From NCBI RefSeq assembly GCF_009914755.1, contig NC_060936.1: a stretch of 64,000 nt of DNA. One strand, written 5' to 3'. Shown here in pieces: positions 16,030 to 26,650 of this stretch. The DNA comes from the human T2T-CHM13v2.0 reference genome, Homo sapiens. Position numbers and translations under genes: made by a program. The notes beneath the pieces were generated by a model, which searched no databases, was not told where the DNA came from, and saw nothing but the letters and a program-made list of their open reading frames with translations. Each line of letters starts with the position of its first letter. Within the stretch, counting starts at the first letter, position 1.

Positions 16030-17371
16030 GAACAGAGGCCTCAGAAATAACACCACACATCTACAACCATCTGATCTTTGACAAACCTGACAAAAACAAG
16101 CAATGGGGAAAAGATTCCCTATTTAATAAATGGTGTTGGGAAAACTGACTAGCCATATGAAGAAAACTGAAACCAAACCCCTTCCTCACACCTTATACAA
16201 AAATTAACTCAAGATGGATTAAAGACATAAACGTAAGACCTAAAACCATAAAAGCCCTAGAAGAAAACCTAGGCAATACCATTCAGGATATAGGCATGGG
16301 CAAAGACTTCATGACTAAAACACCAAAAGCAACGACAACAGAAGTCATAATTTACAAATGGGATCTAATTAAACTAAAGAGCTTCTGCACAGCAAAAGAA
16401 ACTATCATCAGAGTGAGCAGGCAACCTACAGAATATGAGAAAATTTTTGCAATCTTTCCATCTGACAAAGGGCTAATATCTAGAATCTACAAAGAACTTA
16501 AACAAATTTACAAGAAAAAAACAAACAACCCCATCAAAAACTGGGCGAAGGATATGAGCAGACACTTCTCAAAAGAAGACATTTATGCGGCCAACAAACG
16601 TATGAAAAAAACCTCATCATCACTGGTCATTAGATAAATGCAAATCAAAACCACAATGAGATAACATCTCATGCCAGTTAGAATGGTGATCATTAAAAAG
16701 TCAGGAAATAGCAGATGCTGGAGAGGATGTGGAGAAATAGGAATGCTTTTACACTGTTGGTGGGAGTGTAAATTAGTTCAACCATTGTGGAAGACAGTGT
16801 GGCAATTCCTCAAGGATCTAGAACCAGAAATACCATTTGATGCAGCAATCCCATTACTGGGTACATACCCAAAGGATTATAAACCGTTCTACTGTAAAGA
16901 AACATGCACATATATGTTTATTGCAGCATGGTTCACAATAGCAAAGACTTGGAACCAACCCAAATGCCCATCAATGATAGACTGCATAAAGAAAACATGG
17001 CACATATACACCATGGAATACTATGCAGCCATAAAAAAGGATGAGTTCATGTCCTTTGCAGGGACATGGATGAAGCTGGAAACCAACATTCTCAGCAGAC
17101 TAACACAGGAACAGAAAACCAAACACCACATGTTCTCACTCATAAGTGGGAGTTGAACAATGAGAACACATGGACACAGGGAGAGGAACATCACACACTG
17201 GGGCCTGTCTGGGGGTTGGGGGCTAGGGGAGGGATAGCATCAGGATAAATACCTAATGTAGATGACGGGTGATGGGTTCAGCAAACCACCATGGCACGTG
17301 TATGCCTATCTAACAAACCTGCACGTTCTGCACATGTACCCCAGAACTTAAAATATAATAATAAAAAAAAA
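16030..17371 (+). mobile_element. 5'-truncated L1PA (about L1PA7/8): ORF2 C-terminus plus 3'UTR
   Basis: ORF-track peptides [26 protein letters not shown] and CWRGCGEIG...HCWWEC are L1 ORF2p with stops; 19-bp TSD gaaaattctg(a/t)gtgttcta at 16011 and 17514. Confidence 0.95.
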
Positions 17372-17372
17372 G

Positions 17373-17510
17373 TGTGGTCCCAGCTGCTCAGGAGGCTGAG
17401 GCAGGAGAATGGTGTGAACCCAGGAGGCAGAGCTTGCAGTGAGCTGAGATCACACCACTGCACTCCAGCCTGGGCGACAGAGCGAGACGCCATTTCAAAA
17501 AAAAAAAAGG
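17373..17510 (+). mobile_element. 5'-truncated AluY right arm inside the L1 poly(A) tail
   Basis: 'gaatggtgtgaaccc', 'gagcttgcagtgagc'; enclosed by the L1 TSD. Confidence 0.9.
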
Positions 17511-18127
17511 AAAGAAAATTCTGTGTGTTCTAATAAAGTTGTAAATTATGTTTACATAGGAGGCAAAGTTTGCTGATCAATCCTATGGAAATTAGTCCAA
17601 TTTAAGACACCACTGACATAACTCAACCTCTATAAAGTACTAAGTAAATTCTCTTAGAATTAGAAATATATCTAAAAGCATTCTTTCTTGTAAATATTAT
17701 TTTGCAAGACAAATATGACTTTAACAGATTAATTATAAGAGGCAATGCCTAAATCTTTTTTTTTTCCAAAACATTTTTTCACACTTTTGCCAGGAATTCA
17801 TTTTCTCCCTTTTCTATTTATCCGAGTACCACTTATCCAAGGCCCTATGCAAGCCTCTTTACCATGAAGCCTTCCCAGATTGTCTCAGCCTCTTTTAAGT
17901 TTACACCATAGTCCTGCCTGCACTACTCTATGCTACACAGTTCTTACCATAGGATTCCTAAGTATTCTTTATCCTTGTGTATATTTCTGTTTAACTATGT
18001 TGGCTTATCCCTGTTCTAGCACAGTGACTTGCATTAAAAGGCCATGGTAAATGCTAATTACTTGATTGAGAAAAGTTGGAAAATCCATAGATGGGAGAAC
18101 TGGCCAGACCAGGGAGAATTTCTATCC

Positions 18128-18682
18128 CAGGTATTCTTTGCTATGTAACAAATTACCCAAAAGCTTAGTGGCTTCAAACAAGAATTTATTATGTTCAAGG
18201 ATTTATTGGGAATTGGAAAGGAGACATTAGGGCTGGCTTCTCTCTGCCATGAGGTCTGGGGTCTCAGATGAGAAGACTAATCATCAATGGCTGGAGCTGG
18301 AATTATCTGAAGACTTACTCATATCTGGTGTTTGAGAGGAAAAGGCTCAAAGGTTAAGACTGCCAAGCGGAGCACCCATCTGTGGCTTCTCTGTGTGGGT
18401 TGGCTTCTTCATAACATGGCAGCCCCAGGGGAATCAGACAGGACTCCCAGAAGGAGTATTTCAGTGCAACAAATGAAAGCATTTTTGGACCTGGCCTCTG
18501 AAGTCGCATAGTGTCACTTCTACCATACTCTATTGGTTGAAGTAGTCACAAGCCTACCCAGTTTCAAAGGGGAGAAAACATAAACCCCACCTCCTCATGG
18601 AAGGAGTGGCAAGGTCACATTATCACATAGCATGTGGGATAGGAACTATTGTAGCAGCCATCTTTGGAAAGTACAACCTGCA
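18128..18682 (-). mobile_element. MaLR solo LTR (MLT1F/G-like)
   Basis: 'tgctatgtaacaaattacccaaaagcttagtggcttcaaaca' ... 'gccatctttggaaagtacaa'. Confidence 0.75.
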
Positions 18683-18839
18683 ATGTTTAAATTCTTTGGA
18701 AAATGCAATTTCTAACCCAAGTCTAGGCTTTAACAGACTACAGTTTTGGACATGTTCAGTCTGTGACCAAATGTTCTGGAACTACATGGAGTCCACAGCC
18801 AGAATATCTTGTTAATAACAATAGCAATAATAGACATCA

Positions 18840-19065
18840 TTTGTTAACACACACTAGTGAATACTTACCAATGTCTTACAAGCATTTCCTAATTCCTCAA
18901 ATTGATGCTATGATAAAGGGCTAATCATTATTCCATTTCACTAACGAGAAAATTGTGGCACAAAATTGTCAAGTGAGTTGGGCAAGATCAGTGGAAGCAA
19001 GATTTGATATCAGCCATGTCTGTCTGACTCTGGAGTCTAGCTTTTTAATCCTGAAGCTGTACTGA
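18840..19065 (-). mobile_element. MIR (approximate bounds)
   Basis: 'attccatttcactaacgagaaaattgtggcaca', 'tctgtctgactctggagtc'. Confidence 0.65.
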
Positions 19066-19080
19066 CTCTATATATGACAT

Positions 19081-19634
19081 TGTCAGAGGCATGTGAACCA
19101 GAGCAACTCCATCTGGAATAGGAGCTGTGTAAAATAAGGCTGAGGCCTACTGGGCTGCGTTCCCAGAAGGTTAAGGCATTCTAAGTCATAGGATGAGTTA
19201 GGAGGTCAGCACAAGATATAGGTCATAAAGACGTTGCTGATAAAACAGTTTGCAGTAAAGAAGCCAGCCAAAACCCACCAAAACCAAGATGGCCACGAGA
19301 GTGACCTCTGGTTGTCCTCACTGCTACACTCCCACCAGTGCCATGACAGCTTACAAATGCCATGGCAATGACAGGAAGTTACCCTATATGGTCTAAAAAG
19401 GGGAGGCATGAATAATCCACCCCTTGTTTATCATATCATCCAGAAATAACCATAAAAATGGGCACCCAGCAGCCCTCGGGGCTGTTCTGTCTATGGAGTA
19501 GCCATTCTTTTATTCCTCTACTTTCTTAATAAACTTGCTTTCACTTTACTCTATGGGCTCTCCCTGAATTCTTTCTTATGCAACATCCAAGAACCCTCTC
19601 TGGCGGTCTGAATCAGGACCCCTTTCCTGTTACA
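19081..19634 (+). mobile_element. MER41A-like ERV1 solo LTR
   Basis: 554 bp; TG...CA termini; starts tgtcagaggc...gaaccagagcaactccatc; AATAAA near 19528; 4-bp TSD acat. Confidence 0.92.
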
Positions 19635-21111
19635 ACATTGTTCATCTTAAAGGCTTCAGAGCCCTTCGTTCTTACAGCTCTTTGTAAATAACTAGGTCTA
19701 TGTGGGGAATGTCACTTTTATCACTGATTCCTCCTGTAGCATGTTATATTGTTTCTGGTTATGTTTCAGCATGCACAAGCCCTTCTGGAAACTTTGAAAA
19801 ATTATGTTTCATTCTGTTCCTCTAACCACAACTTGGTCATAAATGCTTCTGGAATTTGTTTTCATCAGCTCAGGGCATCATTTCTTCCTTTGCTCTTGCC
19901 TGCCACAGCAATGTCAAAGCGGCAAGCAAAAACACATCCACTGATAATTCTTTTTATCTTCTAACAGCAACTTTTGTTTCTATGTCTGAATCATCCTTTA
20001 GGGCTCATACCCTGTTCTGGAGTGAATGTATTACATCATGTATTTGGAAGGGGTTTTGTTGAGTGCCTGAGTGATGGTTTTCTCCAACTTATGGGGCAGA
20101 AGGTTCTTGTCGCTTACTGCCCGAATTTTTCCAATCTAATTAAACACAAATTAGTGAAACCTGAGATACCCTGAGGACTCATTAAAGAGAAACTGCCAAA
20201 CCTCTGAAAAACAGAATTTCCACATAGATTTCCCTACAGCTATGTTTGTCAATTTGTAGAAAGCTAAGAATACTCCAAGTAGTGATTAACGGTCTGAATG
20301 AAATTGCACACACGCACAAAAGAGCCCATTTAATAAACCAACAATGGAAGGTACAACTGTGGATCAACTGCTCCACATTTCTCTCCTTGGAGGTTCAAAT
20401 GCAGCAATGAAACTAAGCTGGTACTTGAATGAAGTGATTTTCCTCCCTGAAAAGGAATCATGTTTCATCCCTACTTTCTAAATTCTTTTTTGTTTTGCCA
20501 GACATCTATTCCTTGTATTACATAAGAATAGAAAGCCACAAATTGTCTAGGCACAGGTGGTCTAGCTTTGAAAGATGCTAATATCCACCATTCAACTAGA
20601 ATCTCCCAGACTGTTTAATTGGAATTTTGTTTTGTTCTGTTTTGTTTATTTGTGTGTTTAGCATTAGCAGGGGGAACAGAAAACTGTCTCTCCTTTAGGC
20701 TGAGCACTTGGGAATAGACTTCCAAACATCAACTTAAAAGCCAAGAAAGAAAAAAAAATACTCGGGTAACATAACAGCTGCTGAGCTCTACAGAACACAA
20801 TTACTAAAAACATCTTGTATAGCTGTGAAGGGACACTCAAAGAGCTTTTAGCTAGTATAGATTCCTGGGTAGATTTTAAACTTTCTAAGACAATGCATAG
20901 ATATATCAATGGAGAACATGCACATCTGGAAAAAATCACAAAATAACTGGGATAGAAAAAGAAGGGAGACAAATTCCCTACAACAGCCACTGAACTACAG
21001 CAACCCATGAAACGCAAGGATGGATTAAATGGCAACAAATTCTTTAAGAAATTTAATAGGATTATGTACAGAATATAGTACTCATTTCATTTCCTAGAAT
21101 GATAAAGGCTG

Positions 21112-21868
21112 TCATCACTGGTCATTAGAGAAATGCAAATCAAAACCATAATGAGATACCATCTCACACCAGTTAGAATGGTGATCATTAAAAAGTCAGG
21201 AAACAACAGATGCTGGAGAGGGTGTGGAAAAATAGGAATGCTTTTACACTGTTGGTAGGAGTGTAAATTAGTTCAACCATTGTGGAAGACAGTGTGGCAA
21301 TTCCCCAAGGATCTAGAACCAGAAATACCATTTGACCCAGCAATCCCATTACTGGGCACATACCCAAAGGATTATAAATCATTGTACTGTAAAGACACAT
21401 GCACATGTGTTTATTGCAGCACTGTTCACAATAGCAAAGACTTGGAACCAGCGCAAATGCCTATCAATGATAGACTGCATAAACAAAATGTGGAACATAT
21501 ATACCATGGAATACTATGCATCATAAAAAAGGATGAGTTCATGTCCTTTGCAGGGACATGGATGAAGCTGGAAACCATCATTCTCAGCAAACTAACACAA
21601 GAACAGAAAACCAAACACTGCATGTTCTCACTCATAAGCGGAAGTTGAACAATGAGAACACATGGACACAGGGAGGGGAACATCACACACCAGGGCCTGT
21701 CATGGGGTGGGGAGCTAGGGGAGGGATAGCATTAAGAGAAATACCTAATGTAGGTGACGGGTTGATGGGTGCATCAAACCACCATGGCATGTGTATGCCT
21801 ATCTAACAAACCTGCACGTACTGCACATGTATCCCAAAACTTAAAGTATAATAATAATAATTTTAAAA
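21112..21868 (+). mobile_element. 5'-truncated L1PA (about L1PA7/8)
   Basis: ORF2 C-terminal peptide KTVWQFPKDLEPEIPFDPAIPLLG plus 3'UTR; TSD gataaag(g/t)ct at 21101 and 21869. Confidence 0.95.
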
Positions 21869-22654
21869 GATAAAGTCTAAAAGGAATCTCAAAACAACAT
21901 TCTGTGTAACCTTCTTATCTTATGTTTTATTTTGTTTGATAAGAAGACAATAGAGAAAAAGTAGATAATTATCAGTATGAATGGGACTAGCTACTGGCAA
22001 CCTAGCTTCTGGGCCGTTACCCTTCCTATCACACTTCTTGGTACCTATGTTTTACAGAGTAGCTTACAGTATTGTTATATGAGTCATTTCATTATATCTT
22101 CACATGTGAGATATCAGAAAAGGCATCAGTTCATTTTGAAGATGATGCATTTACTTAAATGCAATGAAACATAGAAAGTTTAATGTCCTAATGCTAGTTA
22201 CACAGATAATGATACAAACAAGACCAAACCCCAGGCCTCTAGGTTTCAATATATATGTATATTATCTACTCTGGAGTTTAAGTGATTATATTCACTGAAT
22301 GTTACCATTTACAAATGTCAGGTTCTATACAGTGATACCTTGAATAATGTCCTTTTATAACAAATTCCTTTGTGAAAAAAAAAAAGCCCATGATATTAAT
22401 AGAAAAGAAAACAGAAGCAACAGGCACATAGCAGTAATATTTCATTGGTGGAAAAATTTAAAACTAACCAATCAGCAAACACTTTTCTCAGTGTTTTGTT
22501 TTTGGTTTTTTCCCTATTTTAAGAAAAATATAGCTGGTCAAAGGTAAGAAAAAGTTTATTTGCTTTATTTTTAGCCACTACATTTTTTCCCAACTATTCC
22601 ATTCACCACCTTCTCTTGTCAGAAAAGGAAAACCTTCTTTCATTCATCTGTCTG

Positions 22655-23130
22655 GCCATTCATCAGGTTCTTATTGAGCACCTAATCCCAAGCTAGAACT
22701 ATGCTAGCTGCGGGGATACAATGGTAAACAAGAAAGACCAAGAAACCCCCAATCTAGCAGAAGACGTAGACAACTGAAATGGCTTTTGCAATACAGTGCT
22801 CTAAGGGCTGTGATGAGAACAGCATGCTTTGACCGCCACTAACTCCCATTGGGGAGGCCAGCGGGAAACCTCCTGGAGAAAATTACTCTAAGCTGAAACC
22901 TAAAACAGGGCAGAGTAGGGAATGAGGAAGAGTTTTTAAGGGAGCAACTGATGTAAAGGAGTAAAAACAAAGGGTTTCCTGTTCAAAGAACTGAAAGAAG
23001 TTGGTGAAAGAGGGGACAGAGGAAAAAGATGGGATTGGATTAGGAGACCAGGGCCGTATCTCACTGAGTGTTGTCAGCCATACCAAGGGCTTGAACTCAA
23101 TCTTAAGGGTAACTGGAGTAAAGTTAAAGG
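22655..23130 (-). mobile_element. L2 fragment (approximate bounds)
   Basis: 'ttattgagcacctaa...ggggatacaatggtaaacaagaaagac'. Confidence 0.6.
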
Positions 23131-23260
23131 GTTCATTAGGGAAAACATGAATAAATATCATTCTCCAATAAAATCTCTTTCACCTGGTTTCCAGTAACAA
23201 CCTCCTAACTGGTTCCCTAACTGGCATGAATGATTTTATTGGAGAATGATATTTATTCAT

Positions 23261-23578
23261 GTTTGTTTTTGGGGTTGTTGTCATTGTTGTTGTTGTTTTT
23301 GAGGTGGAGTCTCACTCTGTTGCCCAGGCTGGAGTGTAGTGGCATGATCTTGGCTCACTGCATCTCCGTCTCCCAGGTTCAAGCAATTCTCCTGCCTCAG
23401 CCTCCTGAGTAGCTGGGATTACAGGCATGCACCACCACGTCCGGCTAATTTTTGTATTTTTAGTAGAGACGGGGTTTCACCATATTGGCCAGGATGGTCT
23501 GGATCTCTTGACCTTGTGATCCGCCTACCTCAGCCTCCCAAAGTGCTAGGATTACAGGCATGAGCCACCGTGCCCGGC
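23261..23578 (-). mobile_element. Alu (AluSc-like) with degenerate (CAA)n tail
   Basis: 'ggccaggatggtctggatctcttgaccttgtgatcc'. Confidence 0.93.
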
Positions 23579-23593
23579 TCTACACATTTTCTT

Positions 23594-23706
23594 TTCTTTT
23601 CTTTTTTTTAATATAATAATAATGTTTATGCGAGGGAATCAGGATAAAACTAAAATAACAGACTAAACGTACATAAGAGAGAGGGGTAATTGAAGTTAAA
23701 GCATTC
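23594..23706 (-). other. Putative 3'-transduced segment (97 nt) plus second A-tail of the SNORA70-RPL10 retrocopy
   Basis: Lies between the inner poly(A) (23707-23727) and an outer A-rich tail (about 23587-23609); CATAAA at 23630-23625, 15 nt before the outer tail; inside the 12-bp TSD acacattttctt (23582-23593 and 24238-24249). Confidence 0.65.
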
Positions 23707-24096
23707 TTTTTCTTTTTTTTTTTTTTTAGGTGGACAGGAAGTAGAATTTATTGGTGAGTATTAAGAGGGGGAAGCACAGTGAAAGCCCTCATGAGTGCAG
23801 GGCCCACCACTTCTCTAGAGGGCCACAACTGGGAAGGTACTTGACCCCACAGCCATCTGGGATGAGCCGCTTCTCAGCCACCATGTCTTCAAATTCATTG
23901 GCATTGAACTTGGTGAAGCCCCACTTCTTTGAGATGTGGATCTTCTGGCAGCCAGGAAACTTGAACTTGGCCCTGCCCAGGGCCTCAATCACGTGCTCCT
24001 TGTTCTGCAGCTTGGTGCGGATGGAGATGATAACTTGGCCAACTGGCCACAGTGCCCCGGGGCTTTCCAAAGGCACCTCGCATGCCTGTTTGGAGC
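23707..24096 (-). pseudogene. RPL10P13: RPL10 (uL16/QM) processed pseudogene fragment: last two exons spliced, 3'UTR, AATAAA and poly(A)
   Basis: Translates to RPL10 [16 protein letters not shown] and [42 protein letters not shown]...ALHS*. Stop at 23789-23791, AATAAA at 23752-23747, poly(A) at 23727-23707. 8-nt frameshifting deletion at 24042/24043 and CpG-type R>C/W changes. The RPL10 identity is firm; the paralogue number P13 is from memory and unverified. Confidence 0.93.
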
Positions 24097-24144
24097 CTAC
24101 ACTGGGGTAGTGCAAGGTCAAAAACATGTACATCCATCTGAAAG
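24097..24144 (-). other. Retained 3' end of the RPL10 snoRNA-hosting intron, with acceptor AG
   Basis: ctttcagatggatg...tgaccttgcactaccccagtgtag|GCTCCAAACAGGC joins the snoRNA 3' end to the RPL10 exon. Confidence 0.85.
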
Positions 24145-24237
24145 GACTGTCTCCAAGGCCCTTTAGAGCAACCCGTACAACAAACAGGCTGCATACACTA
24201 CCAAGGAAGCTGCTGTTTGCAGCCATTGCACACTGGG
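24145..24237 (-). ncRNA. SNORA70: SNORA70 (U70) H/ACA snoRNA retrocopy, 5'-truncated and probably non-functional
   Basis: cccagtgtgcaatggctgcaaacagcagcttccttggtagtgtatgcagcctgtttgttgtacgggttgctctaaagggccttggagACAgtc matches the 3' two-thirds of U70. H box ACAGCA at 24216-24211; ACA box at 24150-24148, 3 nt from the end. Confidence 0.9.
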
Positions 24238-26519
24238 ACACATTTTCTTAACACAAGTTTGAATTCCCCAGGACTCATTATTTTGACCTCGGCTTTCTGA
24301 AATGGAAGTTTGACGTAGATATACATTCTTTTCCTTAACAAAGGAGTTACAGATCATGAGTTGGTTAGTGCAATATACTTAAAATTGCTCCTTGCACATA
24401 TGTCCACAAGTTTATCTTCTTCCCCTGGGTTCACAGCTTCCTCTGTTACCCTTACAGGGTCTCCGCATCTGTATTCACATGGGACAGCCTTGAGCAGCAC
24501 AGCTCAGACCTCAGCTCGGCTGGGACGTTGTAGAAGAAAGTAGAGTACCAGGAGGAGAATGAAGTAGATGAATTCTAAGATTCTACGCTCTCTAGTGGAG
24601 TGTTGTTTCCTAAAAAATTATCAGACCACACATTCCACACATGAAAAATTCATCATACTTTGAAGATAATTAAAGTAAATGTCATCCAATTTTAACCAAA
24701 TTTCTATTCTACCACTAAAGGACATGCAAATGGCTTCTTTTAAAAATATATATAGCCAGAATGGTTTTTGGCAATATAACAATGAAAAAACTGAAACATT
24801 TTGGGGGTAATTAACTCATGTTTTAGATATCTACCATTATTAAAGTTTTCATGGGTAAGACTAGATCTTAAAACAGATTGATTTTTTGATGACCAGAAAC
24901 TGAACTGAATTTGAACAAGTCCCATTGGGACTGAATTTTTAGCATCTCAAAAGTGGTGTTTAAAACCACACTACTCTGACAATGGGAAACCAATGAACAT
25001 AGTACAGCCACAGGATCTTTATATACTGCAATGGGTGGAAGTAAAGTTTCCCTAAAATAAAATTGATGTTCCTATTATCAATTATCCCACAAGGAAGTAA
25101 ATCCTGAGACAAGAAAGGAGGGCTTGGGAAATATATGTCAGTTACCGAAGACAAAGAGAACCTCTCCCTTTTCTAGGTGAGGGACTCATCTTAATGAGCA
25201 ATGAAGCCTCAATACTGTAACAGCCAGTGCTAGTGACTGGGCATGGGGTGAGTTGCCCCTATAATCAAGAATAAAGCAAGCACCTGCCTGATGAGGAACC
25301 CCCAAAGGATTTGGAACAGAGGCGGCAATTTTCAGATGTTTTGTATAAGTTGCACTTCCCTTCTATTATCCTCAAACAATATGTTTTAAAATGCTCCAAA
25401 TCCTAAAAATCTGAAAATGATTAAATGTAGTTCCTGGCCTCTCCTTTACTAAGAGAAATTAAAGAAAAAGGAGACGCCCAACTGCTGGAGTGCACATGTC
25501 TAGTGGAGTTGTTTACCCTTTCCCAAGTCCGAGGTGGCTTTGGCAGCAGCAATTATGGTTGGAGAAAACCGTGCCTGCAGTGATGTTCTCACAGACAGTT
25601 CAGTAGAAAAAGGCCAGCTGAAGAGAGATTCTGGAGCAACCAGCACCTGAGCCAGTGGTGTGGATGCCCTGCCATGAGGGCCTGCAGCAGCATGCAGTGA
25701 GAACATTCGGGATTTCCTTTTGAGAATGTCAAGTCATCACGGACAGCGGCTCATGAGTCAGACCTCACCCCGTGTATCATCGTCAGAACACCATCCATGG
25801 TGGTTTGGACCATTACGCAGTTTTAAATTGTTTTTGTTCTTATTCATTGTTTAATTTATATCTGTGGTGGATCATTGGTTAAAGACAGGAAGCAAAAGAA
25901 CACTGATGTTGAAATACAAATTTATACGAAACATAAAAGAGATAATTCTATAAATTCCCTTAAGAGTTTCTTTAACCAAACCTACCAGTTGCATTGAACT
26001 AATCAAAATATTTATATAGCACATCACGCTCTCTCTAGTTCTACTTTTAGAATGTTGAAAGGGAAACTATTTTGCCAATAATATGGAATTTGGGTTTTTT
26101 GTCTAATGGGATTAAATATTATCCATAACAAAATGTTTTATTTGAGCATAGGCTAGGAAAATGACAACTGAAATCTTTTCTCTGAACCCATATTTTAGGA
26201 ACAAAAATATAAAAATTATTTCAATAAAACACTTGTGTTTTTAAAAGTAAAATCCAAGAAATCCAAACATAAAATAAGCAGTTTTGTTGATGTCGCCACA
26301 AGTAGTTACATTTATATCTATATTTTAATATATATTTGGTCCCCAACTAAATATTATAGAAATCATTTTACATTTCAGATCTTTCAATTTTTTAAAACTA
26401 AAAAAAAATTTTAAATAAAATTTTAAAAAATTGATAGCAAATGTTACTTGTTAAGTGGGAAAACGTTAAAATGTATTTTATATAATAATTATTAAGATTA
26501 TATTTAAACAATCAATTAA

Positions 26520-26650
26520 GACAACCATGTAATTTATCATCCAAACTAGAACAGTTTTGAGAATGGAAAGGGCTACTAATAATCATCATCCCAGGAGAAT
26601 ATATAAAATCCAGGCCTATCCTAAGGAAATGGGACTGTCGGTAATACTAC
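26520..26650. mobile_element. MER94-like hAT-Blackjack fossil
   Basis: 'aaccatgtaatttatcatccaaactagaacagttttgagaatggaaaggg...taataat'. Confidence 0.6.

Noticed and set aside
15951-17248. ORFs resembling L1 ORF2p (also 21188-21806)
   Set aside because: Fragments of dead, 5'-truncated L1s broken by stops and frameshifts
23789-24241. 150-aa minus-strand ORF ending in the RPL10 C-terminus, as a functional chimeric CDS
   Set aside because: It starts at a GTG in the TSD and reads through snoRNA, intron and an out-of-frame exon. It is open only because of an 8-nt deletion. The RPL10 part has radical CpG-type changes (R>C, R>W), and no promoter is evident
24437-24600. Strong plus-strand acceptor cttcctctgttacccttacag
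   Set aside because: No convincing downstream donor or nearby poly(A) signal; an isolated site is not enough for a call
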